A DNA stretch of 64,000 nt from contig NC_043005.1 of the NCBI RefSeq assembly GCF_006345805.1, forward strand, positions 5,208,001 through 5,272,000. The letters run 5' to 3'. Made by a program: the position numbers and the translations under genes. Below are positions 26,420-38,704 of the stretch, piece by piece. Position 1 is the first letter of the stretch; every line of letters begins with the position of its first letter. Under the pieces are notes generated by a model. That model had not been told where the DNA came from. It made no database searches and worked only from the letters and a program-made list of their open reading frames with translations. The stretch comes from Octopus sinensis. Lineage: Eukaryota.

Positions 26420-26900
26420 CATTAGCAGCAGTAGCAGTAGTAGTAGTAGTAGTAGTAACTGCAACAACAATGACAACAGCAGAAATAACAGCAGCAACAA
26501 AAAGAAATAATAATAATAATAATAATAATTACAATAACAACAATAATTATTATAATAATAACTGCAACAACAGCAACAACAACAATAATGATAATAATGA
26601 TAATAATAATAATAATAATGATAATAATAATAATAATAATAAATGATAATAATAATAATGATAATGATATTAACAATAAGTTATATGTAATTACACCAAT
26701 TCCTGGTACTACAGCCATAAAAGACATGGAACTACGACAACAACAACAACACCACCAAGCAGTGAAGAAGCATAACAACATTAACAATGGCAATAATAAT
26801 GGATAACAGACTTGGAAAGTTTAAGGGGAGGGGTAGAGATAATGCACAGAAAAAATTGTAGGAAAATAAGGGTGACGTCAGAGGGCTGGGATAATATCAA

Positions 26901-26950
<50 letters not shown>

Positions 26951-27060
26951 ACAAGAACAACACAACAACAACAGCATCATTCAAAATAATAAGAATGATA
27001 ACACCAATAATAACAGCAGCAACAACAACAACAACAATAATAATAATAATAGCAAAAAAT
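26420..27060. repeat. Mosaic trinucleotide repeats (TAG, AAC, AAT, TAC)
   Basis: Visible simple repeats. Confidence 0.9.
26873..26880. promoter_or_regulatory. Consensus CRE (CREB/ATF) palindrome TGACGTCA
   Basis: Exact 8-mer about 190 bp upstream of the candidate ATG at 27073; function is inferred. Confidence 0.3.
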
Positions 27061-27072
27061 CAATTTAATGAT

Positions 27073-27200
27073 ATGGGCTATAGTACAGAAAGTGAAATGC
27101 ACTCAGTAACCCCGAGTTATTTGAATAGAAACGAACTGTCTGTTTGTTCATGGATGCATTTCCTCCGGAGGCAGCATATACTCTTACAGAACACGGAACT
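27073..27200 (+). CDS. Candidate exon 1 of a small unknown gene (MGYSTESEMHSVTPSYLNRNELSVCSWMHFLRRQHILLQNTE)
   Basis: ATG in gatATGG context, CpG-containing unique sequence, donor CT|gtgagt in phase 2. Confidence 0.35.
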
Positions 27201-27347
27201 GTGAGTCGATAGACGGGCTGGTTCATTGAAGAAAATAAAAAAAAAACTATTTTTGAATGGATACACATTTCAAAAAATAAATAAATAGATAAATAAAGAT
27301 GCAAATGTACAACTAAATAAATATTAAGTAAATTAAATGTATTTTAT

Positions 27348-27390
<43 letters not shown>

Positions 27391-27401
27391 AAAATAAGGG
27401 T

Positions 27402-27690
<289 letters not shown>

Positions 27691-27691
27691 C

Positions 27692-27741
<50 letters not shown>

Positions 27742-27959
27742 TTTTTAAAAATTATTTCTTGTTTTCTTTTGTTGATGTTGTGTGTTTGATTTTTTTTTTC
27801 TTCTGAAACACAAATATTTGCAGGTTGGATGAAATAAATAAATATGTTTAAAAAATATTTTAAAAAAACCCCCCAAAATAGGAAAATTTTAAAAGAATTT
27901 TACAAAAGAGTATGAATAATTTCAAAAAAAGCAAGTCAAGGTTTAACACAAAATACAGT

Positions 27960-28320
27960 TTATGACCCATTGTGGCATTGTTGTCATTGTTGTCATCATT
28001 ATCGTCACTTTCATCATCACAGTCATCAACTTTACCATCGTTATCATCATCTTCATCATCCTCATCACCTTCACCATTGTTGTTGTCATCATCATCTTAC
28101 TCCTCCTCATAATCATCATTGTCATCATCATCACCATTATCATCATCCTCATAATCACCATGATTACTACCACATTGTTGTCATCTTCATCCTCATCATT
28201 GCCATCACCATCATTATCATCATCATCTTCATTATCACCACCATAATTATCATCATCATCATCATTTTCGTCATCATCATCATTGTTATCATCAACATTA
28301 TCATCATCATCATCATCATT
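27960..28320. repeat. Degenerate (CAT)n repeat
   Basis: Visible simple repeats. Confidence 0.9.
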
Positions 28321-28884
28321 CTAGTATCTGTTTTTCCATGCTTGTATGGGGCAGACTTTTGTTTGTTGAGGCAGGTTTCTATAGCTGGGGGCTCGTTTTG
28401 TCATCAACCGCTCCTTCTTTCCAAGTTAGGTCATATTTCTCCCTTAATCTTTCAAACATGAAAAGTACAATATCTGGACATGTTTTTGTAGAAGATTTTT
28501 GATAAAAGACAACACTGATGCAATGGTGGTTTCTATTTACAGTTCGCATGCAATGTCAAGACAAGGCCACATGAACACATGCACCCATTCATATGAATAT
28601 ACATGCATGCATACACACAAGCACATGCATACATATATATGTGCTTGTGTGTAGATGTATATGTAAATATATAAGTATATGGCTGTGTGGTTAGGGAGCT
28701 TGCTTCCTAGCTACATGGTTTTGGGTTCAGTCCCACTGCGTGGCACTTTGGGTAGGTGTCTTCCACTATAGCCCCGAGCCAACCGGAGCTTTGTGATTGA
28801 ATTCGGTAGGTGGAAGTTACTGCCGTGTGTGTATGTGTGCGTATAGCTGCTCAGTGCCTCTCCGAAAGAGAGAGAGGGATATAT

Positions 28885-28936
<52 letters not shown>

Positions 28937-28967
28937 TATATACGCATATATATACATATATATATAT

Positions 28968-29703
28968 CATCATCATCATCATCATCATAGTTTAACGTCT
29001 GCTTTCCATGCTAGCATGGGCTGGATGATTCGACTGAGGTCTGGCGAACCAGAGTTTCTACGGCTGGATGCCCTTCCTAATGCCAACCACTCCGAGAGTG
29101 TAGTGGGTGATTTTATGTGCCACCGGCACGAGGGCCAGTTCGGTGGCACTGGCAATGGCCATGCTCAAATGGTGCTTTTTCTGTGCCACCTGCACAGGAG
29201 CCAGTCCAGCGGCACTGGCAACAACCTCGCTCGAATGTTTTTTTCACGTGCCACCAGAACAAGTGCTAATAAGGCAACATAGGTAACGATCACGCTCAAA
29301 TGGTGTTTTTAACGTGCCATCGGCACGAAGGTCAGCTTGTTGCTCTGGTAATGATCTCACTTGTATGGTACTCTTAGTGCTCCACTAGCAATGGATGCCA
29401 GTTACTGAGTTTGATTCCGACTTCGATTTCACTTGCCCCAACTGGTCTTCGCAAGCAGACTTTAGAGTCGAATGGAAGAAAGGCAAGCCTAAGTGGGCTG
29501 GTTACACCCCTGGCATAAGTGGGCTGGTTACACCCCTGGCATAGGCCACAAGGTTATGGTCTCACTTTTGCTTGCCAAGTAATCTCAAGCACAGTATATC
29601 TCCAGAGGTCCCGGTCACTAGTCATTGCCTCGGTGAGGCCCAATGTTTCAAGGTCATGCTTCACCACCTCATCCTAGGTCTTCTTGGGTCTACCTCTTCC
29701 ACA
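28968..29703 (-). mobile_element. RTE LINE 3' portion
   Basis: Reverse complement matches 1850-2620 (ggaagaggtagacccaagaagacctaggatgaggtggtgaagcatgacc...); contains a ~27-bp direct duplication at 29490-29545. Confidence 0.85.
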
Positions 29704-29704
29704 G

Positions 29705-29905
29705 GCTCCCTCAGCTGCTAGGGTCTGGAAGCCATTGACTCGCGATACCAGAGGGTGCACACTCTCCTATCCTCATGTAATCTCCAGGGATACAGGCATC
29801 CAGCAACAGGACCTCCGTAATGCTATGATGGACCATGAAGTCTGGCGTAGCATGGTAAATACCATTGTCTCGACCATGGTCGAACAATGATGATGATGAT
29901 GTGGA
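29705..29905 (+). mobile_element. 3' end of a second RTE-like LINE family
   Basis: WKPLTRDTRGCTLSYPHVISRDTGIQQQDLRNAMMDHEVWR resembles an RTE C-terminus and is followed by (GAT)n. Confidence 0.6.
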
Positions 29906-30004
29906 TGATATATATATACGTATATATGTATATATATTTGTATATGTATATATTTATTTGTGTGTATATATATATGTTTGTATATTTATTTGTGTATATA
30001 TATA

Positions 30005-30630
30005 TCTTTATATATATAAAACTGAGAATGTGTGTCTGTCTGTCTGTGTGTTTCCCTAAAACTTGAGAACTACACAACCAATTTCATTCAAATTTTACAC
30101 ATGCCTTACTTAGGGTCTGAGGAGTGTCATCGGCAAAAAAAATGTTCAACTTCTTGCCTAGGGCGAACCCACAGCAATATCATATCTTCTCCACTACGAT
30201 TCCCTAAAACTTGAGAACTACACAACCAATTCCATTCAAATTTTACACATGCCTTACTTAGGGTCCATGTAGTTTCATGGGCAAAAAAAATGTTCAACTT
30301 CTTGCCTAGAGCGAGCCCATAGCAATATCATATCTTCTCCACTATTTCAGTATTACGTGTTAAAAGTGAAACAAAAACGTTTCTCTATTTTATGTCAGAT
30401 ACTTTCACTTTAACAATAAAAATAATAATAACAATTGAATTATATGTAGTAAGTAATAATTAAAATCAAACTAAAGTATTATATAATCGTAACATAACAA
30501 AAGTAAAAATAGCAATTGGTATAAAATGCATCAATGACTTGAACTTGAATAAGTGGTTTCACATGAATGGGAATAAATTAAAAATAAAATTAGCATGCAG
30601 AAATGGAATAGTCCAGATGGATACTAAAAA
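30005..30630 (+). mobile_element. Helitron/DINE-like element with an internal 148-bp direct repeat
   Basis: Starts tatatataaaactgagaatgtgtgtctgtctgt; repeat units begin at 30052 and 30200; 3' end uncertain. Confidence 0.55.
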
Positions 30631-30659
30631 ATTAAATTAAAGAAAAGACTATCGTCTAT

Positions 30660-30844
30660 AAAGTATACAATGTAGAGAAAAAAGGTCGCGTTTTTTTTGC
30701 GCTCTGTAAAATTCGGTTAAAAAAGAACAAAAAGTGAATTGTGGTTGCGGAATTGGAACGTCGGTTGGTGCGGTTTCGCGTCGCACTGGTTCTGTGCGTC
30801 GCACGTTTTCTGTTCGGGAGGCCGTTTTTCGGTCTGAGGCGACT
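30660..30844 (+). promoter_or_regulatory. CpG-rich 5' UTR / putative internal promoter of a LINE
   Basis: Dense CpG (gtcgcg, aacgtcgg, ttcgcgtcgc) in an otherwise CpG-poor window, directly upstream of the ORF1 ATG. Confidence 0.55.
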
Positions 30845-32209
30845 ATGAGCCGCCTCTACCAAACGGATGAGATGGAAGGGAGAAATTTCTCTGAGAATTC
30901 GTCGACATCTGAGGAGGAGTTGGCGGTGAAAAAAATGGAAAGCACCTACGCAGGTATAACGAAGAAGTCAACAGAAAAAGAGATAGACCTGGCTAAGTTG
31001 ACGGACTTCCAGGAGTTCATGAAGGAGGAGGAGAACGGAGAGGTTGAGCTGTTGCCTCTAGCAGGGTGCGGAGACTGGTTCCATCGTAGAACCATTAAAT
31101 ATAAAGTATTTATGAATGGAGGTAGAAAAATGGAAGTGATTAACATGGAAGCAATTGAAGAGGCTTTCAAACAGACAGGAGAAGAAATTGTGTACATGAC
31201 AAAAGGATTAGAATATGGAACCATAACGGTACAATTTAAAAGTGAGAAAGCAGCCAGGAATATAGCAGCCAAGGTGGTGAGTACAGAAAAGTTTTACTTG
31301 TTCCCCTCGTATTTGAATAGAAGGACCACCAGAATTAGGGTGGAAGGAATACCTCCACACCTAGAGGGCGAATTAATAACGGCTGCGGTTATCAAAGGAA
31401 ATGAAGATAAAGTGGACATCCTCCACGCCATTATGAAATATGAAGGCGTGAGAGGTGCCACACTAGTAATAAACATACAGACGGAGGCGGAAGTTATAGA
31501 AAAGCTTACGGACAGTATAAAAACTGGAAATATTATTATGAGAGTGTGGGTGGAGGGTAGGGCGCACAGGTGATACAAGTGTGGCCTGAGGGGTCACATA
31601 AGAGCCTACTGCCCTCCCCCACCAAAGGAAAAAGAAAAGGAAATTGTCGCGGAAGCCCCAAAAGAGGAAGAAACCAAAGAGAACCAAAGGGAAAAAGAAA
31701 CGACAGAAGAAGAGGAGATGCAAGCAGAGTGGGAAGAAGGAAGAAAAAAGAGAAAAAGAAAGAAAAAGAAAAACTGTGCGAAGCCCCAACCCACCCCAAC
31801 ACCACCCGCACCCTCTGAATCCCACCCTTCCCCTGCAGACAGTGAACCCACCCTCTCCCCTCCAACAAGAAAACAAAAGAAAAATAATAATACAGACAGA
31901 CATGAGTTTGAAAACGAACCCAGGCCGAACATTTATATTGTGACTGAACAGAAAGAGGTTGCAAGGGTAATGGAGGAGTATGAATGGTATGAAATGGATG
32001 GGACCAGATATGCAGTCCTGGAAAAGAAGAATATAGATGAGTTTGTGTTGAGGTGTGAGAGGGAGAATTGGGAGGTGAAGGATACAAGAATGAGCGATGA
32101 ATTCGTGGAATATATGGAGGACAGTTTCGGAGTAAGAATGGATATGGATGGTCTTCGTATTGGGAATGAACATTCAGGTGACAGTGAAAACAAAAGGACA
32201 GGTAAGTGA
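30845..32209 (+). pseudogene. LINE ORF1 (gag-like nucleic-acid-binding protein, L1/Tx1-like), 454 codons with one internal TGA
   Basis: ORFs 30734-31573 and 31718-32209 are in the same frame. The TGA at 31571 replaces the first Cys of R-*-YKCGLRGHIRAYC (CX2CX4HX4C knuckle), preceded by VWVEGR. Confidence 0.8.
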
Positions 32210-32235
32210 TGCTGGCGGAGGGGGCCGTTAGCATC
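32208..32235 (+). other. 11-bp RNA stem-loop overlapping the ORF1 stop codon
   Basis: GAUGCUGGCGG-AGGGGG-CCGUUAGCAUC with two G-U pairs. Confidence 0.6.
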
Positions 32236-32319
32236 GCTTTCATATTATCATTTTTTCATTTTCATTTGCTCATAAATTTAATCATGTTGTTCTATGTCCC
32301 CCATGTTTTGTTATGTCCG

Positions 32320-32670
32320 CCATTCTTCGTAGCCCCTGGTGGGTAATAAAGAAATAACATGGAGGAAAGCACCTTCGAAAAGTGTCTTGGTGGGACTGTG
32401 AAAGATATCTAATCAGAGGCGGTAAATTCACCACAATAGAAGCAAGGTTCGAAGTCAATGGAGCATGCAAGGGAGTACTCAACTTGAACTTGCAAAGTGG
32501 AAATATTTTATCTTTACCTTTATATCTGGGACGTAGGACATCCTGGAAAAAAATTTAAAATGCCCCCCCACCCCACCCCAGAAGTAGAGGTAGGCTGGAT
32601 TGTAGCCACACTTCTATACAAGAGGGAGAACAAGATAAAATTGATCGAAATTACAAGAGACGGGCTTACA
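32320..32670 (+). pseudogene. Decayed second ORF1 paralogue (frameshifted)
   Basis: YLIRGGKFTTIEARF...LPLYLGRRTS (32406-32543) aligns ungapped to ORF1 YMTKGLEYGTITVQF...FPSYLNRRTT at 12/46 identity. TPEVEVGWIVATLLYKRENKI aligns to PPHLEGELITAAVIKGNEDKV. Confidence 0.7.
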
Positions 32671-33059
32671 ATTCCAGTCTATTATATATTTTGTGTATTG
32701 TTATCACTAGCGATATCAAGATATAACTTTGTATTTTGTATTTTATGTGTAGATGTATATATATAGATGTACATGTAATATATACACATATCATCATCAT
32801 TGTTTAACATCCATATTCTGCGCTAGCACGGATATATGCACTAGCACTATGACTCGGCAACGATGGGTCTTTAATGCTAGTATATATATGATGATGATGA
32901 TGATGAGAGTGAGTCAAAAAGTAATGCAGTTTTTATTTGCATTTCTTTTTGATTCACCTTTGCATGTATAGTTTGTGTGTGTGTGTGTGTGCGCGTGTGT
33001 GTGTGCATATATATTGACAGAAAGAATGAACAAGCAGAACGTGTGGTATCACTTTAGAG

Positions 33060-33163
33060 CAGGGGTTCTCAACCAGGGTCCATATAAGATTTTTAGGGGT
33101 CCACCAGAATAAAATAGTAATCAAAAGGGTCCATAGATAAAAAAGGGGGTTGAGAACCCCCTG
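33060..33163. mobile_element. 104-bp hAT-type MITE with a perfect 8-bp TSD
   Basis: TIRs caggggttctcaacc / ggttgagaaccccctg; ctttagag at 33052-33059 and 33164-33171. Confidence 0.92.
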
Positions 33164-33444
33164 CTTTAGAGCATGTAATTAAAATTTTAAACATAATTGC
33201 AGAGTTGTTAGATTAAATAAGGGATTAAAAAATGCATAGAATCTCTCACAACTGTTTCTAGAATGGCCATGCATATGGTGCATAGGTCATTGAGTAAAGG
33301 TTTCCATATAAACCAAATATACCGTCTTCAGAGAGGAAGAAGTGAAGAATATTCTTAATGAAAGATAGTAGTAGTTCCCAGTTCCATCAACAAAGAATTA
33401 AGGAATATCTTTAGTAAAAGAATATATATACATATATATAAATA

Positions 33445-33655
33445 TATAGTTAATCCAAACAAGAAAGCACAAAAAAACACAACAACGCGAGGACGTGGAA
33501 CAAATATAGTATTATTGGACGCTCAGGAAGGAAAGGAAGAAGGAAGGTTTAACGTTTCGAGCGGAGCTCTTTGTCGGAAACATAGGAGAAGGAAAGATCC
33601 AGAGAAGGGAAGACAGAGGAAAAAAAATCGCCAACGGTACACACGCAGTCGCCAT
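33445..33655 (-). mobile_element. Short PLE-type element with a hammerhead-like motif (33547-33581)
   Basis: Minus strand: GUUU-CCGACAA-A-GAGC-UCC-GCUC-GAAA-CG-UU-AAAC. Homologous to 62285-62480. Confidence 0.65.
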
Positions 33656-34539
33656 ATGTGTGTGTGTGTATTTATGTGTATATATGTGTATGTATGTTTG
33701 TATGCACATATGTTTATCCATGTTCTTATGTTTATATGTATATATACATGCATACATGTATATACACAGCAAGTTTCTTTCAGTATCCCTCTACCAAATC
33801 CTTTAACAAGGCTTTCATCAACCTGAGGCCATTGCAGATGACGCTCAACTAAAGTGCCACACAGTAGGACTGAACCTGAAACTATGTGGTTGGGAAGCAA
33901 ACTTCTTAACCACACAGCTATGCTATATGTACCACTCACTTTCTCTGTTTGTGTCTCTCTGTCTATATGTGCCTGTGCATCCATCCATCCATCCATCCAT
34001 CTATTCATACATACACATATGTATGTATGTATAGAGTTTGCCACACAGCCAGATATTTCAACCATACCCCACCCCATTACCATGCCCACCACTGAGTATT
34101 ATTCCTCTGTACACATATACAACATTCTTCTTATCATTGCTTAGATGATTGCGAACGTTTGGTTATTTTTTAAACTTTGGAGCAATTGTTTATCAGTTAA
34201 TTATTATAATTAATTAACCAGGAAATAGGAACGATATCTAGTTTTGCTACTGGGTAATCTCACAAGGCGCGTATGTATGTGTAAGTATGCAAGTTTGTAA
34301 GTGTGTGTGTGTTTGTGTGTGTATGTATATATATACATGTGTGCATGTATGCTCATATGTATGTATATGTATGTTTGTATGTATATTCGTATGTATGTTT
34401 GTATGTGTGAATATGTGTATGTAATGTGTGTATATGTATATATGTAATATATGTGTGTATGTACACACATATGTATAAAGTGTTTCCTTTATGTTATCAT
34501 GATATCTATGAAGAAAGAGCCATTGCCTCTAACCAACAG

Positions 34540-34647
34540 GTTCCCTCTTAATTCAAAATTATGGAAAAGACGGGTGCAGTTTAGTGCAGTTGAAATGAAG
34601 CTTGAAATGAATGCAGTGCAACGTGCTTTGCAGATGGATAAAAACTG
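34540..34647 (+). CDS. Candidate internal exon (FPLNSKLWKRRVQFSAVEMKLEMNAVQRALQMDKN)
   Basis: Unique non-repetitive sequence, acceptor ccaacag|G, donor TG|gtaatt, 108 nt, phase 2-2; the frame closes immediately after the donor. Confidence 0.5.
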
Positions 34648-34999
34648 GTAATTTATTTATAAGTCAATAGGTCTGTCAGTTTGTCTGTGCATCATCTGTC
34701 TATCCATCTATCCATTCACGACCAATCAGACACCATATCTGCCAGTCACTGGAAGGTGATGAAGAAATAGATGCAACTGCTAAGAATTTCTTCATTCTCT
34801 TATTGACAAATGAAGTTATATGTTTTTACCACAGTAAGCATATCTGTTTGTTTAAGAATCTTGCTTTGCAATCACATCATTTCAGGTTCCGTCCCACTGT
34901 GTGACACCTTAGACTCTAGCTCCAGAGTGATCAAAGCCTTGTGACTTGATTTGGTAAAGAAGCTTGTTGCATATACATATATATACGAGTCAAATAAAT

Positions 35000-35436
35000 C
35001 AAAATCAAATCACAATCAAATGGAAATTGTAGTTGCTGGTGGCACGCAATAAGCACCATTCATGCGTGGGTTGTTGCCAGAGCCACCTGACTGGCTCCCC
35101 ATGCTGGTGGCACATAAAAAGCACCATCGGAACATGGTTGATGCCACCCTCACCCCTGCCCTAACTGGCTCCTGTGTCAGTGGCACGTAAAAAGCACCAT
35201 TCAAACGTGGCCAATGTCTGTGCCACCTGACTGGCTCCCATGCTGGTGGTATGTAAGAAGCACCCACTACACTCTTGGAGTGGTTGGCGTTAGGAAGGGC
35301 ATTCCACTGTAGAAACATTGCCAGATCAGATTGGAGCCTGGTGCGGCTTCCTGTTTTGCCAGTCCACAGTCAAACCGTCAAACCGTCAAACCCATGCTAG
35401 CATAGAAAACGGATGTTAAACAATGATGATGATGAT
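35000..35436 (+). mobile_element. RTE 3' UTR and tail
   Basis: ggcac(g/a)taaaaagcacc units followed by the standard tail and (GAT)n. Confidence 0.85.
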
Positions 35437-35829
35437 GTGTGCGTGTGTGTATTTGTGCCCCCCCGTTAACAAATACTGTTGGTGTTGTTTACGTCCCTGG
35501 CAAATGAGAGTGACAAAATTAGTACCAGACTTAAAAAAAGATAAGTACTGAAACAAGTTTAAGATAAAAGGTTAATGATAATCGAGATAAAACAATTAAC
35601 TGGCCCGTGAATTGAACCTGAAGTAAGTGGGACACTAGAATGTGTATAAAAAGAAAGAAAGAAATGCAAAGAGTTGAGGAAACATTAAAACCAATGTAGT
35701 TGCACTGAGTGTTGTTTTGCATGAACGAAAGGAGGGGAATTTTGGCTTTGGTCAAAATACACTGTATTGAAATAGAGAGAGAGGTAGCATGTCTGCTGTA
35801 AGGGATTGTTTGGGATGGTTACAGTTAGG

Positions 35830-36183
35830 AATTGTAATTTATATACAGGTAGTGTGGTTCTGAAAGGGGTTTCAGGGAGTAGCATCCCTACCATCCTGAG
35901 CTAGTTTTCCACCACATTTCTTAAAAATTGTGGTAGAGGCCTTGGTCTTGGGGCCACTCATGTCTAGAAACTGAGGTTGAGGGTAAGCAAAGGCATGCTC
36001 CCTGTTGAATATCCAGCTCCAAAAAAAGCCTCATGGTCACAAAGGAGAATGGGCACCAGCTAGCCCAAAGGTTGGGGTGGGCTGCACTTGCCTACCTCGA
36101 TTGCTATAGCATTGAGGTAGATCTGGCCACCCCTTTTAATGGGTACAAAACCCAAATTTGAAACTTGGATGATGATGATGATA
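35830..36183 (+). mobile_element. SINE-like retroelement with a (GAT)n tail
   Basis: GC-richer block ending ttggatgatgatgatgat; family not identified. Confidence 0.4.
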
Positions 36184-36244
36184 CAGAAAAGAGAAGTTTA
36201 TAATGATAATAATAAAAATTATAATAATAACAACAACAGCAATA

Positions 36245-36800
36245 ATAATTATTTCTTTGTTAACCACAAGGGTTTACATTAAGAAAAACATTATGGACAG
36301 TACAGGACAAAACAAACAATGTGTGTGTGTGTGTTGTTGCGAGAGTTTTGCATGTAAATAAGAACAACAATATTTTTTTAAAATCACAATGCATGGCCCT
36401 CAATAGGGAGGAGACATTGGAGGGCTGCTCATAGAAAAACACTCATAAAAAAAACTATGGGTTCCTTGACTTTTGGGGCAGGTGCTTTTTTCCTTTCCAT
36501 TTTTTTTTTCAACTACAGGTGTATGCACAGGGCAAGCCCATTCACGCATACCATTCTCACCACTTTCGTCCACCTTTCAGCAAATTAGCTAGAAAGCAAC
36601 ACTTCCGTCTCTACTCTTATTTTCCTTTTCAAGTGAAACTTGAAAAAGTTGATCAGAGATTGGCCAACGAGGAAAGTGTTTGTCTTCAGCCTCTTCAATC
36701 TCATCCACCATATAACCTCTTTCACCATAGCCACCAGGCATACAAACACAGCCTTTCCTTCTTGGTTAAAGGAAGGCGGCAGGGCAATCTGCATGGTGGG
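36245..36800 (-). mobile_element. L1/Tx1-like LINE 3' end (ORF2 C-terminus plus 3' UTR)
   Basis: KAVFVCLVAMVKEVIWWMRLK...GQSLINFFKFHLKRKIRVE. The 3' UTR ending cttaatgtaaacccttgtggttaacaaagaaat is shared with 39200-39335 and 49880-50305. Confidence 0.7.
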
Positions 36801-37754
36801 ATGGGGTGCTAGTTGATTATATTGATCTCAGTGCTAAACTGGTGCTTATTTTATTGACTCTGCAAAGATGAAAGGTAAAGTTGACTTTCGTAGGATTTGA
36901 ACTCAGAATGTACAGAGCTGGGAGAAATGCCACTAAGCATTCCCTCTAGCATGGTAGTGATTTTACCAGCTCAGTGCCTTAATATCAATGATAACGAGCT
37001 AATAGTATACAGTGCTAAGGTAGACGTTTAAAAGAGTGGACAGAAATCAGCAATGAGTCAAATAAAGACAGCAATAATAGCCAAAGGTTTATGGGATGTA
37101 GACAAAATAAAACACAAAAAGAAACTAGAAACATGAACAGTAAAAGAGTCATAAATAAAAAATCCCCAAGTCATATAGATCCACTGCAGCTGATCTTACC
37201 AATTGGTTTCACACCAGATATTTGGTAACTACTCAGTTACCTAATAACTATGCTCATCAGAGATGGCAGATATGGAAAAAGTAATGACTCTGTATGGCTC
37301 CTGTTCTAATATTGGATTTCATGGCTTTTATCTTTTATTCAAAATATTTGAGCTTTATTCCATTCTTTCCATAGCATTCTAACATATGCATAATGTATAT
37401 TTTATATGTAGGGAAGATCCAACACTTCCCTTGCTTCTGATTTGATTTCTTTTAAATCTTCTAATAGTTGCTTCATTTATATTCAAACTTTCATACTTTC
37501 TATTCAACCCTTTGTCTAGGTAAAAAATTGAAAAACGTTTTTTAGCCCAAGGTCAGCCTTGATGAAGTGGATTTCTAATCAAAGACTAACCTTTTCTCTT
37601 TTTAATTTTTTTCTCTGTATGTGTGTGTATATATGTAGGCATTCTAGAATTATATTTTCTGTTTTTGAATATAAATTGTACCTCTTTTTAGCTTTTACTC
37701 ATTTTAGTCATTGGACTGTAGTCATGCTGGGGCATTGCCTTGAAGGGTTTTATT

Positions 37755-38625
37755 ATTATTATATGTTTGACTTTTGCTTTGTATTTGTATAAGTTGACTC
37801 CAAGTCTCACCCAGAGACCTCAAAAGACAACAAGTTAGAAGTTCATGTTGGTGTTATGCCTAAGGTATCATATATTTGGTTTTGAACATAATATTGTTCT
37901 AGAGAATGTTTAAGAAAACATAAGAAAATTATGAGTTTGTTTTAAAATTTGAGATTACACAGACAGTATTTTACGTAGGATATGGGCAGTTCTCATGAGT
38001 GCTATCTTTTGAATTTCTGCTATTTTGGGGCTTCCTGGTATCTGAGCTAGGTAGGAGTCACTTCCTTTTGCTATCATTTCTAGGACACCTATCACAACAG
38101 TTATTGTTTTAGTCTTGAGGTTCCACATTTTGCCAATTTCTATTTCAAGATCTTTACACCTGCTCAGTTTTTGGTAGGTCTTGACAGATACATTTATGTC
38201 GATTGGGACAGTCATATCAATGAGGAGGTAGGATTTTTGTCTGATGTCTTTCAGTATAATATCTGGCCTATTTACATCTCTCTTTCTGTCAGTTTGAATA
38301 GTGAAGTTCTAGAGGAGTGAGATGAGATCTGGAGGTGGTTTATTTTCCCACCAGTTTTTATCATGGGGCAGGTCTAGGTTTTTGCAAATTACCCAGTGAA
38401 TATATACTGTGCTGCCCTATCATGCCTGTTGAGATTTTCTGTAGGTGCAAGAAGACTGCACATGGAGACAACGTGATCAGTGGTTTCATTTTGTTGTTGA
38501 CATACACATGTTGGGCTACTGCTGCTCTTTAATATGTTGGCCTGGTAGTTCCTTGCAGATAGGTAATGATCTTGGGCTGCTATGATAAACCCTTCTGTTT
38601 CTGATTTTAAACCAGAAGACACTAT
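37755..38625 (-). mobile_element. R4/Dong-type LINE 3' fragment (CCHC plus RLE)
   Basis: LKSETEGFIIAAQD and KDLEIEIGKMWNLKTKTITVVIG...AHILRKIL; (AAT)n on both sides. Confidence 0.85.
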
Positions 38626-38651
38626 TTTTATTACTATTATTATTATTATTA

Positions 38652-38682
<31 letters not shown>

Positions 38683-38704
38683 TTTATTTTTATTATTTCT
38701 CAAG

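Noticed and set aside
27150-27200. Alternative exon-1 frame MDAFPPEAAYTLTEHGT
   Set aside because: Phase 0; joining to the 34540 exon gives a stop after three codons
31571-31573. UGA at a Cys position as possible selenocysteine or programmed readthrough
   Set aside because: No SECIS-like element (AUGA/GA kink-turn) is visible downstream; a single TGC/TGT to TGA mutation is more parsimonious
30946-32193. Several minus-strand and alternative-frame ORFs over the ORF1 region
   Set aside because: Shadows of the purine-rich ORF1 coding strand
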